From Candidatus Nezhaarchaeales archaeon (GTDB lineage Archaea > Thermoproteota > Methanomethylicia > Nezhaarchaeales > WYZ-LMO8), in NCBI GenBank assembly GCA_038887515.1, contig JAWAKK010000001.1:288001-352000 (forward strand): DNA of 64,000 nucleotides. The letters are read 5' to 3'. A program made the position numbers and the translations under genes. Below are positions 55,563 through 64,000 of this stretch, piece by piece (positions within the stretch are counted from its first letter, which is position 1; each line of letters starts with the position of its first letter). Under the pieces are notes generated by a model. That model made no database searches and was not told where the DNA came from. It was given only the letters and a program-made list of their open reading frames with translations.

Positions 55563-57497
55563 TCATACACTTCTTCTAGACTTTTGACCTTTCCTAGGGC
55601 TTCTCCTCTTACGTTTAGAGCGTCTTCCAGCCTCTAAGATGCTTTTAAGTGAGACCTCGGCGACGCTCCGTGCAACCTCGTCAACTTTTTCTTCAAGCTT
55701 TATGTATTGATTGAAAAAGTAATCCTTAGCCTTCGATATCACGGACTCCATGCTCTCTTCGCCTTGCGCTACCTTCACTAGTTGCTTCTCCATCATACCC
55801 CTAACCTCCGGCTTAACAAGCTCAGGCACATGTTTTTCTAATTGCATTATGAGTCTTTTGCCAAGCTCAGTAGGTATGCATCTCCTGGACTCTATGTACA
55901 TGTAGCCTCGATCGATGTTCGTTTGAATGTGATCCTGCATTGTCGCATCGGTTCCAATTCCCCACTTCTCCATGAGTTTCAGCAGTTCACTCTCAGAGAG
56001 ATAAGGTGGCGGCTCTGTTTGTCCCTCCCTCACTTCGACTCCTAGCACCTGTAAGTTATCACCTACTTTGATTGGTATATGCGGTACTTCCCTGGGCTTA
56101 TCATAACTATATATTTCAAGAAAACCTTTATCGACTATCTCGAGGGTTGCGTACGTAAACTTCTCTCCTCCAACATCGAACACGTACCTTTTACCTTCAA
56201 GTTGAGCATGCTGACTAAAGGTAGCTATGAAGTGTCTTACTATTAATTCGTATAATCTCCACCCATCTCTTCCAAGCTCCCTTTCTACTTCGTCTTGAGT
56301 AGCAGCTTTAATGGGATGTATAGGTGGATGTGCCTTATCGTCTTTTAAGCCCGAAGTCGGCTTAACGCCTAAAGCCACTATTCTCCTAACATAACTTCCA
56401 AAATCCGGGTGAGTTACAAATGCCTTCAACTTCTCGTATGCCGATTGAGGGTATATTTGTGTTTCAGTCCTCGGGTAGCTTATAAAGCCTCTTCGATAGA
56501 GCTCTTCAGCTATTTCCAAGGTCCTCTTAGCTCTAATATTGAGGTGCTTGCTCGCCAAGCTTTCAAGCTCGATAGTATCAAGAGGCTTGGGGGGCTCCCT
56601 CTTTGTCCTCGACACCTTGATTTCTTCAACTTTAGCTAATAGAGTCCTCTCAGCCCTAGCTCTCACTTGTTCTGCCTCCAACCTACTATCGAATCTACCT
56701 TTAACGTGCTCTACCTCTATGACGTTTCCATCGACCCTTAGCTTAGCTAAGACCTTGTAAAACTTTTGACTCTGAAAGCTCTCCCTCTCGAGAGCCCTCT
56801 TGACGACGAAGTACAGCGTCGGACTTTGGCAAGGACCATAACTTATTACGTGACCCCTAGGCAACGCTGAAGGCTTTACCTCCCTAACTTTTAAAGTCAA
56901 TAGCCTCGTAAACGAGGCACCCACCGTTAAGTCTATTATCGATCTAGCAAAGCATTTATCTGCTAAGTTCTTGTTTGGAGCCTTCAGATAATTGAAAGCA
57001 TTTATCAGCTCTTCTTTATCTAAGCTCGAAAACCAGGCTCTTTTAAATTCTACAAATGGATTTACTTCCTTAATGATATCGATAACCTCAAAAGCTATCC
57101 CCTCGCCCTCCACATCGGCGTCTAGAGCCAATATAACTTCTTCACTCCTTTTGCCGAGCTCTTTTAAGGCCTCCACGTACTTCAAGCTCTCCTTACGAAT
57201 AACTCTGATGGGGCAAGCTTTGAAAAGCTCCTTCGGATTGATGGCCATCCAATTATTGAGCTTAGAGTCGAAGTCGAAGTCCATTATGTGACCTTTAAGG
57301 CCTATGACCACCCATGACCTTCCATTCTTATGGAAGCCATAGCAGGTCACTCCATTAACGTTAAAGGTTCTATAGCCCCCTTCACTTAACGTCAAGGCTA
57401 CAGCCTTCGCTACCGAGTCCTTCTCACATACCACGAGTACGTCAACTTCAACTTCTCGAACTCTATAGTTAACAGGTATTTTGAATGATGAGCGCAT
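55563..57497 (-). CDS. topA: Type IA DNA topoisomerase (archaeal TopA/Topo III)
   Basis: CEK, GHI, DADVEGE, GPCQSPTL, ISYPRT, AHPPIHP, GIGTDAT. Confidence 0.93.
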   Translation of the reverse strand: MRSSFKIPVNYRVREVEVDVLVVCEKDSVAKAVALTLSEGGYRTFNVNGVTCYGFHKNGRSWVVIGLKGHIMDFDFDSKLNNWMAINPKELFKACPIRVIRKESLKYVEALKELGKRSEEVILALDADVEGEGIAFEVIDIIKEVNPFVEFKRAWFSSLDKEELINAFNYLKAPNKNLADKCFARSIIDLTVGASFTRLLTLKVREVKPSALPRGHVISYGPCQSPTLYFVVKRALERESFQSQKFYKVLAKLRVDGNVIEVEHVKGRFDSRLEAEQVRARAERTLLAKVEEIKVSRTKREPPKPLDTIELESLASKHLNIRAKRTLEIAEELYRRGFISYPRTETQIYPQSAYEKLKAFVTHPDFGSYVRRIVALGVKPTSGLKDDKAHPPIHPIKAATQDEVERELGRDGWRLYELIVRHFIATFSQHAQLEGKRYVFDVGGEKFTYATLEIVDKGFLEIYSYDKPREVPHIPIKVGDNLQVLGVEVREGQTEPPPYLSESELLKLMEKWGIGTDATMQDHIQTNIDRGYMYIESRRCIPTELGKRLIMQLEKHVPELVKPEVRGMMEKQLVKVAQGEESMESVISKAKDYFFNQYIKLEEKVDEVARSVAEVSLKSILEAGRRSKRKRRSPRKGQKSRRSV

Positions 57498-57547
57498 GTT
57501 TTTAAGGCGCCTCCTAAACTTCTTCTGTCCTCGGAGGTGGTAGATCC

Positions 57548-57814
57548 ATGATTGTCGGTAAAGTCCTAAACTTTAGGTTGGGGATGAATAGGAGGTATCC
57601 GAAGGAACTTCTCGTAAAGCTTGGAGAAAGCAAAGCTGACGTAGCAAGGCTCGTGGGGAAAAAGGTACTGATAAAGGATTTACATGGCAACCAGTACATA
57701 GGTAAAGTAGTGAAGCCCCATGGAAATAGAGGCGTCGGCATAGTAAGATTCAGGAGAGACTTACCTGGAGAGGTCATAGGTTGCGAGGCTACGGTTCTCG
57801 CTTCTCAAGCTTGA
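57548..57814 (+). CDS. rpl35ae: 50S ribosomal protein L35Ae
   Basis: LVGKKV...GKVVKPHGNRG...RFRRDLPG..IG; GGAGGTG RBS. Confidence 0.88.
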   Translation: MIVGKVLNFRLGMNRRYPKELLVKLGESKADVARLVGKKVLIKDLHGNQYIGKVVKPHGNRGVGIVRFRRDLPGEVIGCEATVLASQA

Positions 57815-58605
57815 GCACTAATAAACTTAGCTAACTCTCTAACCGTTACGAAGCCGGCTAAAGCTTTCTCGGAGTCTATGAGGGGTGCGCCTTTGACCGG
57901 ATTGTCAATAATAAGTTTAGCGACTTCGCCGAGAGATGAATCATAACTTGCCTTCACGTGCCTCGAGCCTACATCGGCTACAACTAAGCTCTTTATCCTA
58001 GCCTTCTGCCTCTCCATGGACTCTACGAGCACTAGGTTCACGTAAGCATCGACTATCTGGTCGTCGTTCACCACGCCTATGACGATCCCCTCATTGGTAG
58101 ACGCTAAGCTTCTAAGCCCCGATTCAATCATTAATCTCCTGGCGTGAACCACTCTATCAGAGAATGCTATGGTCGGCACACTCTTTAGTGATATGTTTGA
58201 AGCAGGAACCTCTTCGTCGAGCAGGGCTTTAGCCAAGTCCCTAGGTTCAATAATGCCTACAACCTTCCCGTCCTCTAAAACAGGGATTATGTGAAAAGGA
58301 TCCTCAGCCACAATCCTTGCAGCTTCTACAATGCTAGATCTTAAAGTCAGAGTCTTCCTGACGGGCTCCATCACGCTTGAAGCATATATACTTGAGATGT
58401 CTGCACTCCTGACCCTTACATTCCCAAGCCTAGTCATCAAATCCCAGTAAGTCGCTAACCCCACGAGCTTACCGCCTTCGACGACTACAAAGCCATCAGC
58501 TTCGATCCTTTCCATCAATCTTAAAACATACGTTATCGGTTTATCCGTATCCGTCACTACAAAGCTCCTACGCATAACCTCTTCGACGAGCATATTCCGG
58601 TCCAT
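57805..58605 (-). CDS. CBS domain protein (four CBS repeats)
   Basis: VEEVM, GKLVGL, IPVLEDGKVVGII, GFVT. Confidence 0.85.
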   Translation of the reverse strand: MDRNMLVEEVMRRSFVVTDTDKPITYVLRLMERIEADGFVVVEGGKLVGLATYWDLMTRLGNVRVRSADISSIYASSVMEPVRKTLTLRSSIVEAARIVAEDPFHIIPVLEDGKVVGIIEPRDLAKALLDEEVPASNISLKSVPTIAFSDRVVHARRLMIESGLRSLASTNEGIVIGVVNDDQIVDAYVNLVLVESMERQKARIKSLVVADVGSRHVKASYDSSLGEVAKLIIDNPVKGAPLIDSEKALAGFVTVRELAKFISAQA

Positions 58606-58820
58606 TGCAAAGCCCCTCGAAAATTTCTGATATCAGGAGGGTTACCTAACAACAGTACAGCGTGTTAATAAGTTGAACGCTTCATTAGACCGGCCAGTAA
58701 AGGTATAGCTAAGAATTAACATATGTAAATCGTTTAGCACGCTATTCGTGGGCATAGTTTTAAGTGTAAGTCTATAGAATGGACTTTCACTAGGCAGCGA
58801 AGAACAACGCAATACGGAGT

Positions 58821-59459
58821 TTAGCGAACGCATGGACACGATCTACCGAGTCTCTTGGCCTGAGAAGTCCAAATAACCCTTCTAGGCGTTAATATTAGGT
58901 CAACCGGGATGTCCCAGGAGTCTCTTGGTATGCGTTCAACCACTTGAAGGTCGTGAACGGTCGTAACCCTCAAGGTCTTCTCTCCTATAGACCCAGCATC
59001 GCTCCACAACTTGAATTCGAGGTCCGAGTACCCGGTTCCCTTTCCAAGTCTATAACCCTCAACGTCAACCGCAACGGAGCCGGCAACAAAGACGCCAACT
59101 TCATAGTCTCCAGGTTTAACGGGCCTCCCAGCCTCCATGAACCCCCTTATAGTCGACGCATAAACTGGGTCCTTAGGATGATCCAGCGCTAAAAAGCCCT
59201 TCGAGATCCTCGGAGAGGCGACTATTAGGATCTTTCCATCCCTTAGAACCATCTCTCTGAGAGGTCTCTGCGGAGAGTCTGGGTTACACAACACAACGTC
59301 GGCCTTCAAATATTCGTCAACCGATCTAAGCTTAAGAGCAGCCTCGTGTGCACCTTTAAAGTTCGGAATTCTACCATAAATTGGGAATGGAGGAAGTGCA
59401 ACCCCTTCATCAATCAGCCTTCTCCAAATCGCCATTCTGATATCATCCTTAGACAGCAA
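58821..59459 (-). CDS. 5-formyltetrahydrofolate cyclo-ligase family
   Basis: GRIPNFKGA, NPDSPQ, GSVAV, RLGKGTGYSDLE, TTVHDLQ, DIPVD. Confidence 0.9.
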   Translation of the reverse strand: MLSKDDIRMAIWRRLIDEGVALPPFPIYGRIPNFKGAHEAALKLRSVDEYLKADVVLCNPDSPQRPLREMVLRDGKILIVASPRISKGFLALDHPKDPVYASTIRGFMEAGRPVKPGDYEVGVFVAGSVAVDVEGYRLGKGTGYSDLEFKLWSDAGSIGEKTLRVTTVHDLQVVERIPRDSWDIPVDLILTPRRVIWTSQAKRLGRSCPCVR

Positions 59460-59770
59460 AATTCCACCACAATAGAGATTACACGATAAAGAAAGCTAAA
59501 GGCTTTAATGATCTGAGAAGCCTAGAACTCTCAACACCCTACCGAATTCGATAGGCTGCTCATTGCTACATGCCTGAATTGATAACATTATTATTAATGT
59601 TATTAAGATTATTATATCAGCATCAATGTATCAATGTTGCACGGGACCTCGCCAGTCATTCCAAGGTCACAGAAAGATTTGCAGACCTTATCGAGCCTTC
59701 AACGATGTGGTTTATTACGTTTAATGTTTAAATCGTCCTTAAATCCCTTATTTATATTGGGTGCTAGGCA

Positions 59771-60070
59771 ATGGTTATGTGGATGCCACAAATATTTGTC
59801 GTTAAGAGAGATGGTAGCAGAGAACCGTATATATACGAGAAAATAGTCGTATCATGCTTAAAGGCCGGTGCTACACTAGAGTCAGCTCGTAAAATTGCCT
59901 CTCTTGTCACGGCTAAGCTCATAGCTGCAGATAAAAGTGAAGTTAGTGCCAAGGACCTCACAAAGATTGTTCTTGAACTTCTCAGAAAAGAAAACGAAGA
60001 GTGGTATCGAAACTGGATAGTATTCGATAGAGCAGTTAAAAAGAGAAGGACTGAGGAGGAACTTCCTTAA
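59771..60070 (+). CDS. Stand-alone ATP-cone domain protein
   Basis: VVKRDGSREPY..EKIVVSCLKAG. Confidence 0.85.
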   Translation: MVMWMPQIFVVKRDGSREPYIYEKIVVSCLKAGATLESARKIASLVTAKLIAADKSEVSAKDLTKIVLELLRKENEEWYRNWIVFDRAVKKRRTEEELP

Positions 60071-60249
60071 TCTAAACACTTTTTATACCTTTATCAAACC
60101 AAGAATACTCTTACCTTTAATTTAAGCGAATTTACGCTACATGAAAGCTAGAGCGGCAAAATTCCACAGAACTTTACTAGAACTTCGACTAAACACTTTT
60201 TCAAGACTTAGTTAACTATTAATAGCAAAAACGTCAGTACTTACGCCGA

Positions 60250-60648
60250 ATGCACATGAGCTCGGGAGCGTTAAACTTAAACGTAGGCTTAAAATTCTCA
60301 AAGAAGTATAATACATCAAGCATAAATTCAGCGAAATACATGGGCTCGGGAAACGTCGACGTCCTAGCGACGCCGGCAATGATAGCCTTCATGGAGAACG
60401 TCTGTCTAACAGCTGTTGAAGATAAGCTGCCAGAAGGATTTACAAGCGTTGGAACGACAGTCAACGTCACACATATAGCTGCAGCCCCCATAGGCGCTGA
60501 AATAGAGGTAAAAGCCATTCTATTAAGTATTGATGGTAAAAGGTTAACATTCTGGGTTGAAGCTTGGTGGGGCAACAGGAAAATAGGACAAGGAATCCAC
60601 GAAAGAGTCGTGGTCAACATAGCTGAGTTCCTAAGCAGGCTAAAGTGA
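60250..60648 (+). CDS. Thioesterase, FlK (fluoroacetyl-CoA thioesterase)-like hotdog fold
   Basis: GSG..DVLATPAMIAFME, SVGT..VTHIAA, G.HER. Confidence 0.88.
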   Translation: MHMSSGALNLNVGLKFSKKYNTSSINSAKYMGSGNVDVLATPAMIAFMENVCLTAVEDKLPEGFTSVGTTVNVTHIAAAPIGAEIEVKAILLSIDGKRLTFWVEAWWGNRKIGQGIHERVVVNIAEFLSRLK

Positions 60649-60689
60649 ACCGAATGGGGATAGCTAGGCTTAACCCTCTAATTCACCAG

Positions 60690-61526
60690 TTTTTTATTAT
60701 TATAATAATTGTTGCAATTAAATAATAATACTAAAAAGGGATTTGATCGGCCTTCCTCTTCAACAGATCCAAACAAATATTCATTATACTTTAAAACTCT
60801 ATACGACACCTTTGACTAAATCTTAGGTAACCATATAATAAGGCCTTCTTAAAAATAAACATTAATTGTGCTATTAAATTTAAATCATTTTAAACAAAAA
60901 TAAAAAGGCAACTATAAAATATATCATAAATATGATTTTAATAATTAAATAACTAAAACATAAAAATATACAATTTACATGATATAAACGAATTTAATGC
61001 TAAATTGTGATCAAATAAATTTATTTAAATTTTACAAATAAAATTATGATACGATTTTTAATAAAAATCATCAGCTATTTCATAAGAAATAACAATAAAC
61101 AATTTATGTTTATTAAATATATAAGAAATATTTAATTTTCGTTATAAATAAATTTTAATATGAAACTTTTAATTATCGTTTATAAAACTTCGTTTTTATA
61201 TTGCTGTTAATAGAATCTAACCATGGAATATATGTACCCAATGTTTGAGGGGAGGTCCACACAAACATAAGTCATAAACTAACTTGTTTGAACCTATTCT
61301 ATTCAAACAAGGATCTAAGAGATCCGATAGTTTTACAGGTCGTGCATTATAGTGAATTTATTGTAAGCTAATAATAGTAGTAAAATGGTTATAAGAACAT
61401 AATACTGTAATTAAAAAGCTAATATTTTTTGTTTTACATTAATTCACTTATTTAATTTTTATTGTATTGTGGAACGTTTTTATTCGATTTAATTTTTGTC
61501 TTATAGTGTTATAAGTTATATTTATT
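60690..61526. other. Very AT-rich non-coding island with many short inverted repeats
   Basis: Rows 60901 and 61021 each have 8 G+C per 60 nt; no ORF of 60 aa or more; IRs at 61013, 61053, 61094, 61284, 61311. Confidence 0.75.
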
Positions 61527-62348
61527 TTACTTGATTATTTCAAATTCGCAATATGGATCTCCCTTTGCTATACATTTTGTTTCTATTGCTTTAACTTCTA
61601 TGTTGAGTATGCTAGTAAAAATGCCCGCTATTGATCCACGTACCCATTGGCTATAAGGTTTCCCGGCTCCTATGCCTTCTTCGCACTCGAAGTTGTTGTA
61701 GATTCTTATGGTGACTTCGGGCGGATTTAAGTTGACTCTTACTACCTCCAGTCTGCCAAAACCTGTACTTGTGAATAGTGGTGCTAGGACTTTGTATATT
61801 ATCTGTATTGGATCCCTTATTCCTAGCTTTTCTGCAAGCTTTCGATGCGCTTTTCCGTATTCAATACCAGCGTTGTATCCTTCATAGTAGAGGAAGGCTT
61901 CGCCGGCGCTCTTAAATTGCTTCCTTACGTCGTCTATGAACCCCTTATAGCCTGGCTTACGAACTATAATTGCTCTCTCCCCGCCCAGCATGAGGTACGT
62001 GGAAACTGTGTCTGCGACGAAACCTTCAGTTGATGGATTAATTGTTTAAACATACTTGACCCCGTCGACCTTGCTAATTTCTTTAGCAATTTCCTCGATC
62101 GAGACATCGGCATCTGTCAAGTCTACGAAAGCTAGACCCCTTATTTTCCTTGTTTCGGGAGTTATGTTATAGTGAACTGATAATGCCAAAGCCTTGTGTC
62201 TAGAAAGCACATTGGCAATTTTCTCTAAGACGCCGTGTTTCACGTATGTCTCGATAATGAAGCCGTAAATTTTTCTGTTTGGGACAACGACAAACCTTCC
62301 AATCTCTGTGACTGGGCTTTCTTCGTCTATGGTTGTCAAAATTCTCAC
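61527..62348 (-). pseudogene. ACT-like + V4R domain protein split by an in-frame TAA (62048-62046)
   Basis: ...DGVKYV*TINPSTEGFVADTVSTYLMLGGER runs in frame into the V4R part (GFGRLE, NFEC, ETKCIAKGDPYCEF). Confidence 0.75.
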
Positions 62349-62507
62349 CAGAAAATGTTGATATACTTTTTAACGATTGTTAAATATTAACATTTTTGGC
62401 TAAGTTACGTAAAGTCCTGAGAGCCTTAGCGCTTTAGAGAATTTATATCCATCTGTTGAGAGGTTTAGAATGTGAAAACCTAATAAGCGCTAAGCTTATT
62501 CTCTTCC

Positions 62508-63110
62508 TTGTTTAGTATGCTTGTTAAGGCTGTTGTTGTAAACTTAGATAGTGCTCTCTTAAAGGTTGACGTTAGTGAGGTGGAGAGAAGGCTTAAACAA
62601 GTACTCGGTGTTGACGGAGGCCTGAAAAGACTTATTATGGAGGCATTGAAGAGTCCGGATAAAGCCAAGCTAAATGCAGTATGCGAGATCCTAGACGCGT
62701 TTGAAGCGAAGACGGCTGAAGAAGCAGAGATAGATCAGGAGGATCTAGAAGCCTTATGCGTCTTGAAGGCCATAGGGGTTAAGCTGGCCCTCGTTACGAT
62801 GAGAGGTAGGATGAGTACAGAGAGGATTCTTGAAAGGATCGGCTTGGAAGGGGTATTTGATGTCGTCGTAACTAGAGATGAAGAATCTGAGAAGGCGCTA
62901 CAAATAGCTAGAGCATGTGGTAACCTAGGCTATCGGGCCAGCGAGACTCTTTACGTTGGGTTCAGCACGGCCGATGCAATAATTGGATTACAAGCCGGGT
63001 GTCTAGTAGCGACGCCTCATAGAGTACTTCAAGCGCTCGACAGGACAATAAAGGTAAGCTCGCTTCACCAACTTCTTAACGTCTTTATGTTCACTGCGCC
63101 GTCCCAATAA
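62508..63110 (+). CDS. HAD-superfamily protein with degenerate catalytic motifs
   Basis: VVVNLDSAL (motif I), LALVT, FDVVVTRD, YVGFS..D (motif IV). Confidence 0.75.
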   Translation: MFSMLVKAVVVNLDSALLKVDVSEVERRLKQVLGVDGGLKRLIMEALKSPDKAKLNAVCEILDAFEAKTAEEAEIDQEDLEALCVLKAIGVKLALVTMRGRMSTERILERIGLEGVFDVVVTRDEESEKALQIARACGNLGYRASETLYVGFSTADAIIGLQAGCLVATPHRVLQALDRTIKVSSLHQLLNVFMFTAPSQ

Positions 63111-63124
63111 CGTTAATTTTATTA

Positions 63125-63742
63125 TTGAAGTACGTAGCAGATCTCCCATCTACATATGGGTGGCGATGTATGGAGGCTAAGATAACTTACTTTGAGAGCG
63201 GCGGTATACAAAATACCGAGGCCACGCTTAGGCTTGCTAAAGAGAGAGCTATAGAGAGAGGTGTAAAGAACGTCGTAGTTGCATCCATTAGCGGTTTTTC
63301 CGCTGAAAAGGCTCTAGAAGTGTTCAAGGACACGGGGATAAAGTTAACTATAGTCAGCCTGAAGGGTTTTGCAGGTTTTAAAGGGCTTCCGGTGGAGCTT
63401 GAAGAAAGATTGAAAAAGATGGGCCATAACGTATGTTATGCGTCAGACATCAAGTATCAGTACCCTATGGAGGTGCAAGACGCATTTAGGAGGCTTTGTG
63501 AAGGCTTCAAAGTTTGCGTAGAAATAGTGCTCGTAGCTACCGAAGCTGGTTATGTGAAGCCGGGGGAGGAGGTTATTGCTATAGCGGGGACAGGGAAGCT
63601 AGGATACGAGAAAGGAGGCGGATTAGACACAGCCATCGTAATGGAGGCTTTGAAGAGCAGTGACCTTCTAAAGCTTGAACCACTTGTTGGCGGTAAGGAG
63701 AAGAGGAGGAAGATCAAAGAGATAATATGTAAGCCTAGATAG
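63125..63742 (+). CDS. Pyruvate kinase alpha/beta (MTH1675-like) domain protein; probable start ATG 63170
   Basis: ITYFESGGIQNT, VVVASISG, GFKVCVEI, AIAGTG, GLDTAIV, EIICKPR. Confidence 0.85.
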   Translation: MKYVADLPSTYGWRCMEAKITYFESGGIQNTEATLRLAKERAIERGVKNVVVASISGFSAEKALEVFKDTGIKLTIVSLKGFAGFKGLPVELEERLKKMGHNVCYASDIKYQYPMEVQDAFRRLCEGFKVCVEIVLVATEAGYVKPGEEVIAIAGTGKLGYEKGGGLDTAIVMEALKSSDLLKLEPLVGGKEKRRKIKEIICKPR

Positions 63743-63783
63743 AGGTTTACAGCTGACCCCAGCTACAAGTAAGTATCTCGCGG

Positions 63784-63815
63784 CCCCTTCGGAGCAGAGC
63801 CCCCCCCCCCACCCC
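63784..63815 (-). repeat. G-rich tract (G4-T-G11...G4 on the minus strand)
   Basis: C11 at 63800-63810 plus flanking C4 runs on the + strand. Confidence 0.7.
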
Positions 63816-64000
63816 AGAAACCAGAAAAGTTTATGGAGACCCTATGTAAACCAGCTTCTAGCACTACGTAGAGTAATACGAGCTTACTATAGCGTTTGAA
63901 CGCGAAAGACTTCCATAAATGCCATTTTAAATAAAGCCCTATTGAAAGTCGCATGCAATAACTCTTTAATTTCATTTATTTAATATCACTGTATTGCTAG

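Noticed and set aside
58642-58839. 65-aa ORF between the CBS and 5-FCL genes
   Set aside because: No motif, atypical composition; likely intergenic
60690-61526. CRISPR leader or array
   Set aside because: No regularly spaced 24-40-bp repeats here or noticed elsewhere in the window
63750-63830. tRNA, RNase P or SRP RNA fragment
   Set aside because: No cloverleaf, T-loop, RNase P conserved regions or SRP motif

Overview
This 64-kb window is ordinary, densely coding archaeal chromosome. The gene content (rpl35ae, DUF2258/ThermoDBP-related, DGGGP synthase, cofD, beta-RFAP synthase, class III pilins, TFS-like) suggests a Thermoproteota/TACK lineage with F420 and methanopterin-type cofactors; this taxonomy is inference. 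I see no rRNA, tRNA, CRISPR array or intact IS element. Besides about 70 housekeeping, transport and metabolic CDSs, I found three clear box C/D guide sRNAs and one weaker candidate, two tiny membrane ORFs in front of sodium:solute symporters, and several disrupted genes. Most noteworthy: (1) an ArsR-ArsP locus with three EPPC thioredoxin-fold paralogues sharing a 16-bp palindromic operator; (2) a stand-alone serine recombinase with a Zn-ribbon tail and palindromic upstream site, near a pilin and a nested-domain adhesin; (3) a TFS paralogue lacking its catalytic ribbon; (4) an NfnA/SudB with Cys in place of the Asp [2Fe-2S] ligand; (5) a CARF-like regulator coupled to nadE; (6) a His-rich HTH-FeoA fusion with a tandem DtxR-like box; (7) an ~840-bp extremely AT-rich non-coding island full of short inverted repeats. 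Product calls come from recognising motifs by eye, not from database searches.
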